A stretch of 38,178 bases of DNA from Octopus bimaculoides (GCF_001194135.2 NC_068986.1:103926078-103964255); one strand, 5' to 3'. Positions 1-10,827 are shown, counted from the stretch's first letter. Translations and numbers: made by a program. Notes: generated from the sequence alone by a model not told the origin.

Positions 1-140
1 TATACATATATATACGACGGGATTTTTGCAGTGTCCCTCTACGAAATCAACTTACAAGTCTTTGGTCACGCAGTGGGACTGAACCCGGAAGCATAAGGTT
101 GGGAAGCAATCTCCTTAACACACACAGAGCTACACCTGCG
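1..140 (-). mobile_element. tRNA-headed SINE (family 1), partial copy cut by window start
   Basis: Matches copies at 11975-12370 and 35600-36070 (acgacggg...cacgcagtgggactgaacccgg); the reverse strand carries a B-box-like GGTTCAGTCCC. Confidence 0.75.
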
Positions 141-766
141 CTTCGTATATGACTTGCGACATTTGTTTTGCGTTGACGTTTGTTGTCCCCTTTAACAATT
201 ATATATAGAAAATTAGGATAAAGGAATGATACTCTATATCTATGAAATATAGATATAGAGTAATGCTGGTTTTCTTCGATTATTGATGAGTCAGAACATT
301 TGAAAAGCTGAATGATTTAATTTGCTGTGCAGAGTGAACATGAAACGTTTTGGGAAGATTGTATAAGCGGGGTGTAAGATTTTCTGATTGTAAGGATGAA
401 TAGATTATGTGTAAAGTCGAAGATATAGAAAGAGAATATAATAAAGAATCTAAATTAGGCGGGAAAGTATAATGTGAAGAAGAAAGGAGAGAAAAATCTG
501 AATAACATAAGTTTTGGAGAGCGTTCAAAAGAGGGAGGTAATTAATCAGATATCTTTTGTTTCGTAAATTTAGTTAGAGTTGGGCATAAAGGTCAGGAAA
601 AAACACATCTTTAGCATGATTAATAAGAATGCCAACTAAAGAAACAAGGTGACTTATTTTCACATGTAAAAGGAGACTGTTAAAGTCAGGAGAAATAGTT
701 TAAGGTAAAATATTATCGTGGTTGACAAATTGTAAAGTTGTTCGAGAATGGCAAGTCGATTAGGCA

Positions 767-979
767 AATAAAGCGTTTATTAATGTCGGAAGTGGCGGAA
801 GTTCTTAGGTTAAAGACGAAATGTTTCTCTGTACGCTCCAAGATATCGTCTCAACGGTGTGAAAGTGATTCTGGAAACCCGAAGATGAACTTAGCAGGCA
901 AATCTAAATGTCTTGCTACAGGTTTGGAGCTTGCTTAGATATTATTGCGAATATCGCGTAGGTGCTCGCGGAAGCGATC
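767..979 (-). mobile_element. Penelope-like element relic, C-terminal part of GIY-YIG endonuclease
   Basis: Minus-strand translation DRFREHLRDIRNNI*ASSKPVARHLDLP...EKHFVFNLRTSATSDINKRF resembles the PLE endonuclease C-terminus (DRFREHL...SKPVARHFNLP...EQxFIFxxGTLxPxGINERF); two in-frame stops. Confidence 0.6.
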
Positions 980-1301
980 ACATGGATGATGCAGCAAATA
1001 ATATTGGTAAAGAGGAGGCGGTGAAATAGGTGAGGAACTAGAAATTGAGTGGTGGGAACAGTTACAATTGTTCTGTGAATAAACAGTTTGAAAACACAAT
1101 TCCGAAGAACTGATTATCTTAAATGTGTCCCAACAGTTGACACTCTAGATTTCATGTATCCCCAATTCTATGCTTTGTCTCTTTAGTTATCAGATTTAAC
1201 TTCAAAATGACACCCCTTATTTTCATATTGCAGCTTCTGGTGGTCTGTGAAATGAGTCGTTCCAGTTCGAGCAGCTACTTTTCTGCAATGGGAGGTCACT
1301 T

Positions 1302-1415
1302 CTCCAATACTTCGGACATGTGATTAGAATGTCGCAGGAAATAATTGCTGCGTGGTTTCTTCCAGTAAAGCCTACCGGAACCCTAACCTTAGGCCATCGA
1401 CGAGATTGTTGGATA
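1302..1415 (+). mobile_element. RTE-clade LINE C-terminal relic
   Basis: LQYFGHVIRM...PTGTLTLGHRRDCW resembles the RTE ORF end motif (LxWFGHVxRM...PxGxRxxGRPxxRW); short and degenerate. Confidence 0.45.
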
Positions 1416-1680
1416 ATATTCATAGACTCAGTCAGTCAGGCCAGGAATAGCGAGCAGAGAAAATGGATGGAGGGATGGAGGGATGGACAACGCTGCGCCT
1501 TTCATTGTAATTGTTGACGTTGTTTAATGTCATTTCTACTTTCTAAGACACAATATCTATGATAACATCGTCTAGTGTATCCTTCCTCATATCCAAGTTT
1601 ATTTTTTGAACCTGTGGAAGTTACACTAGATGCCGAAATATCATTCACTTGATAACAATGACTCTCTTTTTTTTGCTTCT

Positions 1681-1753
1681 ATCATTATTATTATTATTAT
1701 CATCATGATCATCATCATCATCATCATCATCCTCATCATCATCATCATCATCA

Positions 1754-1811
<58 letters not shown>

Positions 1812-1825
1812 CATTATTATTATTT
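1681..1825. repeat. (ATT)n/(ATC)n compound microsatellite
   Basis: Directly visible; abuts the 3' end of the LINE fragment at 1830-2300. Confidence 0.95.
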
Positions 1826-1829
1826 TCTC

Positions 1830-2300
1830 TCCGTCACAGTTCTTGTTGGAGCTCTTGGCATCTTGCATGCGTAGCGGGTTTAATATCTGCAGTCTACGGT
1901 ACCATGGTATTCGTTCTTTTCAACTATCTAATATTTTAATGATTACTGAGGCTGTGTCAAGGAGGCAGAACTTTTGTAACACTTCTACTGGGCACTCTAT
2001 TCCAATTAACCTTATATTCCTCTTGATGCTTTCTGATACTGTCCCCCAAGGCCCCAACAATAATTGGCACTATCTTCACCTTCATTTTCCATAGCCGGGC
2101 TATTTCACACTTAAGAGGGTTGTTTCTATTCAGCTATTCGCCTTCCTTCTTGACTATTCATGTTTCAAAAGGGCATACAGCATCAACTATATAGCGTATA
2201 TGCTGAACCTTGTCCTCCACCACTAGGACTGGTTTATTTTGATCTAGCACCTGATCTCTTTCGATTGGGAAATCAATGAAATCGACTATGTTATTATTAA
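1830..2300 (-). mobile_element. R4/Dong-like (RLE-type) non-LTR retrotransposon, 5'-truncated 3' fragment
   Basis: Minus strand DFPIERDQVLDQNKPVLVVEDKVQHIRYIVDAVCPF and LKCEIARLWKMKVKIVPIIVGALG, typical of the restriction-like endonuclease domain of R4-clade elements. Confidence 0.8.
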
Positions 2301-2317
2301 TATTATTGTTATCATTA

Positions 2318-2512
2318 TTATTAATATTTAATAGGACTGACGTAACTCCTCCAGTAGGTATACAGAAGGAAAAAAACAGAGGAGTGCCATTGTTATCAAG
2401 TGAACGATATTTCAGCATCTAGTGTTTACTTGATAACAATGGCACTCTTCTTTTTGTTTTGCTTCTGTATACCGTCTTGAGGTGTTACCTCAATCCTATA
2501 AAATATTACTAA
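2318..2512. repeat. Long imperfect inverted repeat (~85-bp arms, 26-bp spacer)
   Basis: Perfect 20-bp core GAGTGCCATTGTTATCAAGT (2382-2401) / ACTTGATAACAATGGCACTC (2428-2447); imperfect pairing extends to 2318 and 2512. Confidence 0.9.
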
Positions 2513-2617
2513 AAAGGAAGTAGATTGACAAGTTTATTTTTTGAACCTGTGGAAGGAACACGAGATGCCGAAATATCATTCACTTGATAACAATGGCACT
2601 CTTCTCTTTTTTGCTTC

Positions 2618-2673
<56 letters not shown>

Positions 2674-2674
<1 letters not shown>

Positions 2675-4790
2675 AAATGTCGTATAGTATACAATGTCGT
2701 GTGGTTGTTAATTGAAGATATTGTGTCTACCGGGTGTTTGTACTGTTTGTCAAGTCGAAGCAAGGAGCTCAGACAGACAGCACTTTACGCAATCAGTGTG
2801 CAGTTCCAAGTAATTCCGACTTCTGAAACACATCTAAATTGTAGGATATTTCTAAGGTTTTAAGATGGTTTTGTTTTTTTTCAGATCGGGTAGTATTGAA
2901 TCCAATGCTCTGATGACAGTAGGGGACTCTGTCTTGAGTATTGCTCTTACCCTGCGATAACATTCGTTGTTGATCATTTCCCTTCTCCGTTGGTTCTAAC
3001 TCCTTTATGATATTCTGCTGGTCAAAATTAATGTTGAATGTTTCTGTCATTTTTCCTTTGATAAAGGTAGCTTTTGTACATTTATCGAGACCAAAATGCA
3101 TCCTAACGACATCATTGAATTGTTTACCCATTGCTAGTAAGCTCTGTAGTTGTTGGTCATTTTTTTGCAAAGAGCTTTAAATCGTCCATTTATAAAAGAT
3201 GATTTATTTTTTTATCAATCATTTTATAGCCATACTGTACATCGTCGAGCAATTTCGAGAGAGAGACATTGAGGCTAGACAAAAGAGGAATGGTGATAGA
3301 GAGTCACCCTGGAAAATGCCACGTGAAATTTTTACATCTCCGGCATTGAAAGATTCATTGTCACTGCTCAAAGTTAGTGTGGTTCTGCATGATGTCATAC
3401 TTACAGACAAGAAGTTTCGCAGAGTAGATGCTATTTTATACATTTCCAGGTATGTGGTAGACTATAGTCTATCCAAGCTATCGAAAAGTTGTTTTTTTTG
3501 TCGTTTGTGACAATTTTCCAAGATCATCTTATTGATGAATAGCTGATCTTTACAACCATAGGACCCACGTTTACATTCAAGAAAAATGTTAGTATTTTAT
3601 ACATTGCTGTTAAGCAGGTTGTGGGTATATAATTTTTTGGTTAATTTGTTTCTTCATATTTTGGAAGTAGGAATGTAACACCATTAACTAGCCAAGAAGG
3701 AATCAGGCTAGGTTGTTGCAAAATATTGTTGTAAAGTTTTGTTAGCAGTTAATGGCTCACTGGGAAGTTATTCAACCAGAAGTTAGGAATTTTATCCTTT
3801 CCGGAAGTCTTCCATTTGCTTGACTTCCTGAGAGCAGATCTCACATCCGCTACCTTGACACCCTTCCACTTTTGCCCTTTTAAGGAATCTTAAGTCAGTA
3901 GATATTCTATCAATCCAAGAAGCCTTTTTATTGTATGTTTTTTCTTCTGCTCAAATTTTATTCAAAAATTCCTGCACGTCTTATTTTGATAGGACAGACT
4001 TTATTGTAACTGGTATTTTCCCTATTTTCCTGTAAAAAGTTTTTTGGGTTGTTATTGAACATGTTGTTGTCTTTGAAGAATCTAACGCACTTATAATACC
4101 TTGCTAAGCGGGCAGCTTTAGCACATATTTTTTGCTTGATAGTGTCTATAGTGGTATCGGTGTTAAGTATGGTTTCATATTATTTTATTTCTTTAATTTT
4201 CGGATTTTTGTTGGTTTGATAGTCTTGTCAAACTTAAGTTTTTTAAAGCATTCTACGTCAGACCTAGATAGCTGAATTTGGTGTTGAATACGCTCTTGCC
4301 AAGTAGGCTTTTTGTGGGAATGAACATCATTAGCTGAAAATATATATCCTTACGTGCAAGGCGGATTTTACCAATTACTTTCAGGTTTTGGTTAGAATGG
4401 CGAATTTTTGGGTCGGTGTCACGTTCATTCATACTGGCTTCTTTAATTTTCAGCCATTCAATCATTTGATTTTTTAGATCATCTACTTCAGTTGAGTCAG
4501 ATTTTGTGTTACTTTCTTCATCTATTTGATTTTCATCTGCCTTTGTGTTTATGGTTCGTTCAGAGAGTATTTCACTTTGCTTATCAGATACATTCACTCT
4601 TTCTATCTGTACTGCATTTTCCTCAGACCTAGGCTGGTCTATAATTATTTCCTCAGTAGTACATTCATTAGCTGCAAATTCGTTCCTTTTATCCCTTACT
4701 GATCGTTTAATTCGGTCATTCTCCAAATCAGTTAGTAATTTCTTTTTCATCATGTTACTTCTTACGTAGGCAAGTTTGTTGCTGTCTGTG
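2674..4790 (-). mobile_element. R4/Dong-like LINE, long decayed copy (N-terminal region, RT, 3' end)
   Basis: Minus strand motifs KNYIPTTCLTAMYKILT, GSYGCKDQLFINKMILE, RGIFQGDSLSPFLFCLA, INHLL*MDDLKL (YMDD box), FGLDKC; many stops and deletions; 3' end joins (ATT)n at 2620-2672. Confidence 0.85.
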
Positions 4791-4892
4791 TAGGATCTTA
4801 CTTCAAGGTGCCTCTGTCTCCAGTTTCAGCAGGTTTGTTCAGCGTTAGATTTATTTGTGGGGAGATAAATGGCATGATAGAAGGCCTTGACA

Positions 4893-4893
<1 letters not shown>

Positions 4894-4923
<30 letters not shown>

Positions 4924-4944
4924 CTTCTTCTTCTTCTTCTTCTT

Positions 4945-5009
<65 letters not shown>

Positions 5010-5012
5010 CAT

Positions 5013-5064
<52 letters not shown>
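4894..5064. repeat. (TTC)n-(TTA)n-(CTA)n compound microsatellite
   Basis: Directly visible. Confidence 0.95.
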
Positions 5065-5065
<1 letters not shown>

Positions 5066-5066
5066 A

Positions 5067-5530
5067 GGCGGCTAGCTGGCAGAATCGTTAGCAAGGCGGG
5101 TAAAAATGCTTAGCAGTATTTCGCCGGTCGCTACACTCTAAGTTCAAATTCCACCGAAGTCGACTTTACTTTTCTTCCTTTCGGGGGTCGATAAATTAAG
5201 TACTAGTAAAGTACTGTTGTGGATGTAATTGACTCATCCCCCCCCCCCGAAAATTTCTGCCCTTGTGACAAAATGTGAAACCATCATTTTTATTAGTATC
5301 AATTTTATTATTGATATTATTAAGAGGGTGAGCTGGCAGAATTGTTAGCGCGCCAAGTAAAATGCGTTGCTGCCTTTCGGCCATCCTTACGTTCTGAGTT
5401 CAAATTCCGCAGTTGAAGACTTTGCATTTCATTCTTCCGATAAAATAGATACCAGCCGTGTACTGGGGTTCATATAAACGACGAGTCCCCTCCCCTAAAA
5501 TTTCAGGCGTTTTGCCTTTAGTAGAATGGA
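5067..5530 (+). mobile_element. Two tandem copies of SINE family 2 (5067-5285, 5325-5530)
   Basis: Shared motifs gctggcagaat.gttag, gttcaaattcc, gtcgataaa, gtactgggg, ccc.aaaatttc; same family at 8787-9008, 12395-12530, 36570-36790, 36950-37150. Confidence 0.75.
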
Positions 5531-5539
5531 TAATTACAA

Positions 5540-5690
5540 CTATTATTAATATTTGGATTTTGCTTTGTATTTGTACAAGTTGAATCTAAGTCTCACCCAG
5601 AGACCCCATGACAAAACAAGTTAGAATTTCAAGTTTGTGTTGTGACTAGGGTGCCATATATTTGATTTGCACAGAGTATTGTTCTAGAGA
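5540..5690 (-). mobile_element. R4/Dong-like LINE 3' UTR relic
   Basis: ttttgctttgtatttgtacaagttg...agtctcaccca...ctagggtgccatatatttg is near-identical to 31100-31210, which adjoins RLE-end coding sequence. Confidence 0.65.
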
Positions 5691-6569
5691 CTGTCTGTCA
5701 AAACATAAGTAAATTAAAAGTTTGTTGTTTTAAACGTAATTTGATTATAAGATGATAGTGGAAGAAAGATTCCAGGTTAGCGATTGCACCGCTTAGATGT
5801 TGGTTAGGGACTTGGTTATTTTAGTTTAAATGTAACAATTATGTGTGTAGGACATTGCTCATAAGCTCGTAAAGCATTTCTGGTGAGGCGTATAACACGA
5901 CCTGGTCTGTAGGGGTAGATTGCTCTTTGTCACGTTTGTAAATGTTTGACACGCAATAAACAAGAGTTCAATGAATCACTGTCGGCTGTTATTTTCTCAG
6001 TATAGCTTAACTGAAGTTAAATTTAAATATAATTTGGAGAGAAGTATGCGGTGAAACCACGTTGATATGACACCGTTGAATTTGGGAGCCACTGGACAAA
6101 AATAAATAAATGTAAGATAGGAGGCAGAGAGTGGGGGGAGGTGAGAGTAAGAGAAGAGAGAGACGAGAAACGAGAAGTGAAAGAGAACGTGAAAAGAGTG
6201 CAACAGGATACAAATTAGGAAGAAGAACAAAGAGCATAGAAGTAAAAGAAAAGGAGAGAGAGAGAGATTGGGGAGAGGGAGGGGAAATAGACAGACAGAG
6301 GAGAATGTATCAAAAGGTGTGTTATGATACCCAGAATCAAGTCGATGAACAAACATCAGATTCCCCATATAACAAAGAAGAGTGCATGTGTTCATGCGTC
6401 TGTGTGAGTGTATGTATGTGTGTCTGTGTGCATGCATGCGTGCGTGTATGTATATGCCTCATGAATATGAGGAAAAGAAAATAAGGCTTCAAACAGAAGG
6501 GATGGTAGAGTGTTATACAGGGACAGTGAACGGATGGGATTTACTTAAAGGATGAAACAAGTTGTTTAA

Positions 6570-6827
6570 CAAGGTTCTTGGGCGGACGCTCACGAGCTTA
6601 AAAAATGGAGACCAAATGTTGAATCACTTAAATAATAACCCGAAGCATTTTCCCCAAACCTAAACCTAAACCTCACTTTAACCCTGTGGATAGACTATAT
6701 AAGAAACATACTTTAAGAGATCTCAGTCACATTTTCTGAGGTTATCAGTCTCTTGTGATAGAATCATTGCAAAGCAATTCGTTTAAACACTCTCGTTATA
6801 TTTAACAACTGATAAAATATTACGACA
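6570..6827 (+). promoter_or_regulatory. Core promoter and 5' UTR of gene A
   Basis: TATATAA 6696-6702; Inr TCAGTC 6723-6728 (A 29 nt after the TATA start); GGGCGG box; TGATAG 6756-6761; TGATAA 6810-6815; homologous blocks precede genes B and C. Confidence 0.8.
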
Positions 6828-7104
6828 ATGGAGTTTCGTATTGCAGCTGTTTTTCTCTTGATCGCAGTCACAGCAGTCTACAGCCAAGACATTATGACCA
6901 TATGTAAGCAGACAGAAATTAGACCGGGATCAAATTTTCTGCGATCACCAAGGAACTGCAGTGAATTTTATTTATGTAATCCTATGTTTCGACGATCTTT
7001 AGCATGTGGTAGGGGAACAGTGTTTTCACAGTCTCAACAAGTCTGTGTGATGAGGAACAGCCAATTTGACGATTGTAACCGTGTCATTTATGGAGGAAAA
7101 TTCA
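6828..7104 (+). CDS. Gene A exon 1: signal peptide + peritrophin-A/CBM14 domain 1
   Basis: MEFRIAAVFLLIAVTAVYS|QDIMTIC...; Cys spacing C-x17-C-x5-C-x9-C-x12-C-x9-C fits CBM14; phase-1 donor A|GTAAGT at 7104/7105; same structure in gene C. Confidence 0.93.
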
Positions 7105-7129
7105 GTAAGTTTATGTTTGTTTACTTTAT

Positions 7130-7161
7130 TGTAATTATTATTATCATCATCATCATCATCA

Positions 7162-7240
<79 letters not shown>
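7130..7240. repeat. (ATT)n/(ATC)n microsatellite at start of gene A intron 1
   Basis: Directly visible; source of the poly-Ile read-through in ORF 6828-7307. Confidence 0.95.
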
Positions 7241-7244
<4 letters not shown>

Positions 7245-7525
7245 TTTGCACATCTTCTAACGCTGGAGATGTACTATGGTGTCAACTGTTCGCTACCAGT
7301 GAACTAAGGTAACACCTCTTATTTTTAGAGCACCTTCGGGAGTATTCGAGCGGTTCCAAGCAGTGCTGCTTTCTGCGACTGCTTCACCCTCATTGCAGCC
7401 CCTATGTGTTCCACGTACTTCTCGAGATTTTTGCTCACTGTTCCCAGGGCTCCGACAATTATTGGTACTACTACTACCTTTTTAATCGACCACAGCTGCT
7501 TAACTTCCCAAGCTAACCTTTCATA
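7241..7525 (-). mobile_element. R4/Dong-like LINE 3' fragment flanked by (ATT)n on both sides
   Basis: Minus strand YERLAWEVKQLWSIKKVVVVPIIVGALGTVSKNLEKYVEHIG...QKAALLGTARIL; (ATT)n at 7130-7240 and 7530-7565. Confidence 0.85.
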
Positions 7526-7529
7526 TTAA

Positions 7530-7566
<37 letters not shown>

Positions 7567-7574
7567 GTCACTGA

Positions 7575-8030
7575 GGTAAAATATACGAAGACCAGTATAC
7601 CCATCATGACAACCGTCTGATAAGGGTACGCCAGGCTCATGCATCACAACCTTATGTGCGCAACGTGTGGATCTCATATCAAGATATACAGCGCATGACC
7701 TTGCAAATGGGACCCAGTTGGAATTTTCTTCAGGTCGAGTAGCCCGTCCCGCTCAAAAGTTCCCTGAATCAGGGTTGTTTAAGAATGTTGAATGAAACAC
7801 CTATGTTTTCAGAGGTGTATCATCCAAACTCCAAAGTATTCTTCTCAGCACAGAGCCATCTCTGATAATCTAGCACTACTTCTGCTTGTGATCAGAGCTG
7901 CACATATCGTCAGCCATTACCACTAAGGAACATGCTCAACTGGTCACGGTCAAGCAGCTGACAAGCAAATCTGAGGTATTGAGCAGATTATTTGCTGTAG
8001 CCCATCTTTTATACCGAGATAAAACAATGT
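7575..8030. mobile_element. Unclassified interspersed repeat (family 3); other copies 8420-8640 and 29915-30430
   Basis: Shared aaaatatacga...acccatcatgac..ccgtctgataagggtac...gcaaatctg.ggtattgagcaga.tatttgctgtagcccatcttttatacc. Confidence 0.75.
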
Positions 8031-8045
8031 ACTATTACAACTACA

Positions 8046-8111
<66 letters not shown>

Positions 8112-8124
8112 GCTACTACTATAA

Positions 8125-8400
8125 TCACTCGACGAGACACACCCAACGTCTTAGGGCGAATGAAGTATAAGAGATGTTATAGTATGACTGACAGTTTGAG
8201 GAGGGGCAGAGCAGAAGCGAAATACCTTCATGTAAGACAACACATACATTTAAACTGAAAAGATATTCGTAACAATGTGGGCAGTACTTGTCAGCACAAT
8301 CTTTTGCATTTCTCTGGGACATAGTTCTCCTAGGATATTATCTAGATGCTTCTGACATCCCCTTCTTATCATACCAAGTGCACCCACTACTGACATCACC
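8125..8400 (-). mobile_element. R4/Dong-like LINE 3' fragment
   Basis: VVGALGMIRRGCQKHLDNILGELCPREMQKIVLTSTAHIV in ORF 8250-8456; ends next to the (CTA)n tract 8030-8120. Confidence 0.75.
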
Positions 8401-8639
8401 TTATCGTACCAAGTGCACCCACTACTTCTGCTCGTGATCAGAGATGCACATATCAACAGCCACCTAGGGACATGCTCAACTGGTTAAGGTCAAACAACTG
8501 ACAAGCAAATCTGTGGTATTAAGCAGAATATTTGCTGTAGCCAATCTTTTATACCAAGACAAAACAATGTACATGATAACACTACCAATTAATTAAGATC
8601 AGAAGCCATGAGAGCCACTGCCTGGTACTGCATCCGGGC

Positions 8640-8764
<125 letters not shown>

Positions 8765-8786
8765 ATGGTAGTAGTAGTAGTAGTAA

Positions 8787-9008
8787 GGCGGTGAGATAGC
8801 CGAATTGGTAGCAAGCCGGACGAAATGCCTAGCGGTATTTCGTCAGACATTCTTACGTTCTGTGTTCAAATGCCTTCAGGATCGGCTTTACCTTTCATCA
8901 TTTCGGGGTCGATAAATTATGTATCAGTTGCGTACTGGGGTCGATCTAATCGACTGGCCCCCACCTCCCCTAAATAAAATTTCGGGCCTTATGCCTAGAG
9001 TAGGAAAG
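8787..9008 (+). mobile_element. SINE family 2 copy
   Basis: Same motifs as 5067-5285; follows a (TAG)n/(CAG)n tract and ends in (ATT)n. Confidence 0.75.
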
Positions 9009-9282
9009 ATTATTATTATTGTTGTTGTTATTATTACTATAGTGTAGCGAACTGACAGTATCGCGAAGGTCGTCGGGAAATGTGCCTTGCGGTATTTGTT
9101 ACCTCCTTTGGGATTTTAAATTAATCCGTGGTCAGCGCTGTTCTTCCCTGTTCGACGCTTTAGAAAATATAGTACAAATCAAGTACTGGGGTCAATTTTA
9201 GTGGCCTTTGATTAAATTCAAAATTACGAAGAATGGTAGAAAGCAGGATTCGTTACAGCATTGGAAGTAATTTTGCATTGCT

Positions 9283-10181
9283 GTATTTGTTTCGGCTCTT
9301 TGCGTTCTGGGTTCAATTCTCAGAGGTCCACATTACTTTAAATCCTTTCGTAGTTGATAAAATAAAGTACCTTGTGCTAAAATTTGAAACCATTAATATT
9401 ACAATGGTAAGGAGATCAGAGAAAATATCAACTTAATATCAGCCTTATGTTACATTAAGCTCTGATTACATTGAAGCAGTCATTGCCTTCAAGTTTTTCA
9501 TCATTATCATCAAACCCTGTACATTAACGTTTTGATTTCGAAACTGCAAAGGGCCGGTGACCCCATTTCCATAACATATGTGACGGGGGTCAGAACACAC
9601 ACACACTGGACGGGACGCCAGTCCGTCGCAGGATTATTCACTAGTGAACGGGATTAACACAACATACATGATAACACTTTCAATCAGTTAAGATCAGAAA
9701 CCATACAACTCGGTCTAGGTGCCCCCCCCCGCCAAATAATCTTCCGATCGTGAGTGCCACACCCTAAACACTAGGATACGCATCTTCATTCTCTCATTCT
9801 TTCATTCTTTCGATGAAAGACAAAAAATAATTTAAAAAAGAAACAAAATACTGACTGTTACGTGATCAAGTCTGTTCAAACTAAGTGTGATCCCCCACCA
9901 TCACCACCACATGTATCGGTATTTCTATGTCAATGTACGAAATGAAACATAACTTGGAGCTGATGTAGTTAACACAAGAGAAAAAGAAAGGTAATTAGAA
10001 ATATTTATGTGGTGATTAAAAAAAAATCTCTATTATTTGTCAAATAAGTGTTAATTTATTTTATTTCTCGGTTTCTAAAACGACGTGACATTCAGGTCTT
10101 TGTTGCAAATGTAAACGAATTGCAACGGGGTAGACTTGCTTCCAAGCCATCAAGTACTCTCAGAGTGTTTAGGAGAGATCC
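9283..10181 (+). repeat. ~0.9-kb direct segmental duplicate of 15757-15964 + 17498-18187
   Basis: Colinear matches throughout (gtatttgtttcggctctttgcg...; aataatcttccgatcgtgagtgc; cattcaggtctttgttgcaaatg; tccaagccatcaagta). Confidence 0.9.
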
Positions 10182-10298
10182 AATTTCACCACACTTCTAG
10201 TGTAATATTTATCTTCTTTAACAATCGTAAAGCTACAATCTCTCGCGTCTGCCCTGAATACAACTCAACATCTGTTTATTTCTTTATATTTTAATTGC

Positions 10299-10472
10299 NN
10301 NNNNNNNNNNNNNNNNNNNNNNNNNNNNNNNNNNNNNNNNNNNNNNNNNNNNNNNNNNNNNNNNNNNNNNNNNNNNNNNNNNNNNNNNNNNNNNNNNNNN
10401 NNNNNNNNNNNNNNNNNNNNNNNNNNNNNNNNNNNNNNNNNNNNNNNNNNNNNNNNNNNNNNNNNNNNNNNN
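10299..10472. other. Assembly gap (others: 11036-11570, 19187-19234, 29368-29882, 31685-32103, 32935-33167)
   Basis: Runs of N. Confidence 1.
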
Positions 10473-10827
10473 TATCGGTTTCGATAATGAATTCCATCTT
10501 ATCAAATATCAGTTAAAATTTATAAAAATAGGAAGTAAAACAGTTTATCTTTTAAGGGTCAAAATCTTGGTTTATGTGGCTGAGTAGCAAGTAGGAAGCC
10601 ACTTCTTCAACAAGCCAACGTCAAGCGAAGAATGGATTGGGCCAGTGAAGAAGCCACTAGCATGTTGGGACACTGTCATATTATCTGATGAGTCCAGATT
10701 TGCTGTATTTCCTGAAAATGGTCAACTGTGGGTCTGGAGACTGTGTTCAAGATAAACTGTTTTTACTTCAATTTTTGTAACATTTTACTAATATTTAATA
10801 ACATGAGATTCATCATCGATACCAGTA
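10473..10827 (+). mobile_element. Tc1-derived MITE / internal-deletion derivative
   Basis: ~77-bp imperfect TIRs (10473-10549 vs 10751-10827), TA at both ends; interior 10584-10743 encodes VASRKPLLQQANVKRRMDWA then (frameshift) WDTVILSDESRFAVFPENGQLWVWR, including the first catalytic-Asp motif. Confidence 0.8.

Noticed and set aside
280-528. 82-aa ORF containing PRLYNLPK (Penelope RT-like word)
   Set aside because: Single short motif in low-complexity sequence; suggestive given the nearby relic but not enough to call.
1630-2094. Poly-Ile/Asn/Tyr/Leu/Ser ORFs (also 4798-5113, 8599-8850, 19135-19533, 30425, 32422-32927, 36498-37148)
   Set aside because: Open only because trinucleotide microsatellites lack stops in some frames.
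5997-6484. Leu/Ser-rich and Glu/Arg-rich ORFs upstream of A, with counterparts at 20096-20739
   Set aside because: GA-rich low-complexity tract; frames and lengths are not conserved between the two duplicates.
6828-7307. 159-aa ORF with CBM14 followed by a poly-Ile 'transmembrane' tail
   Set aside because: The tail is (ATT)n in intron 1. The canonical GTAAGT donor is conserved in gene C, where read-through stops after a few codons, and exon 2 joins in frame. Intron retention cannot be excluded but has no support.
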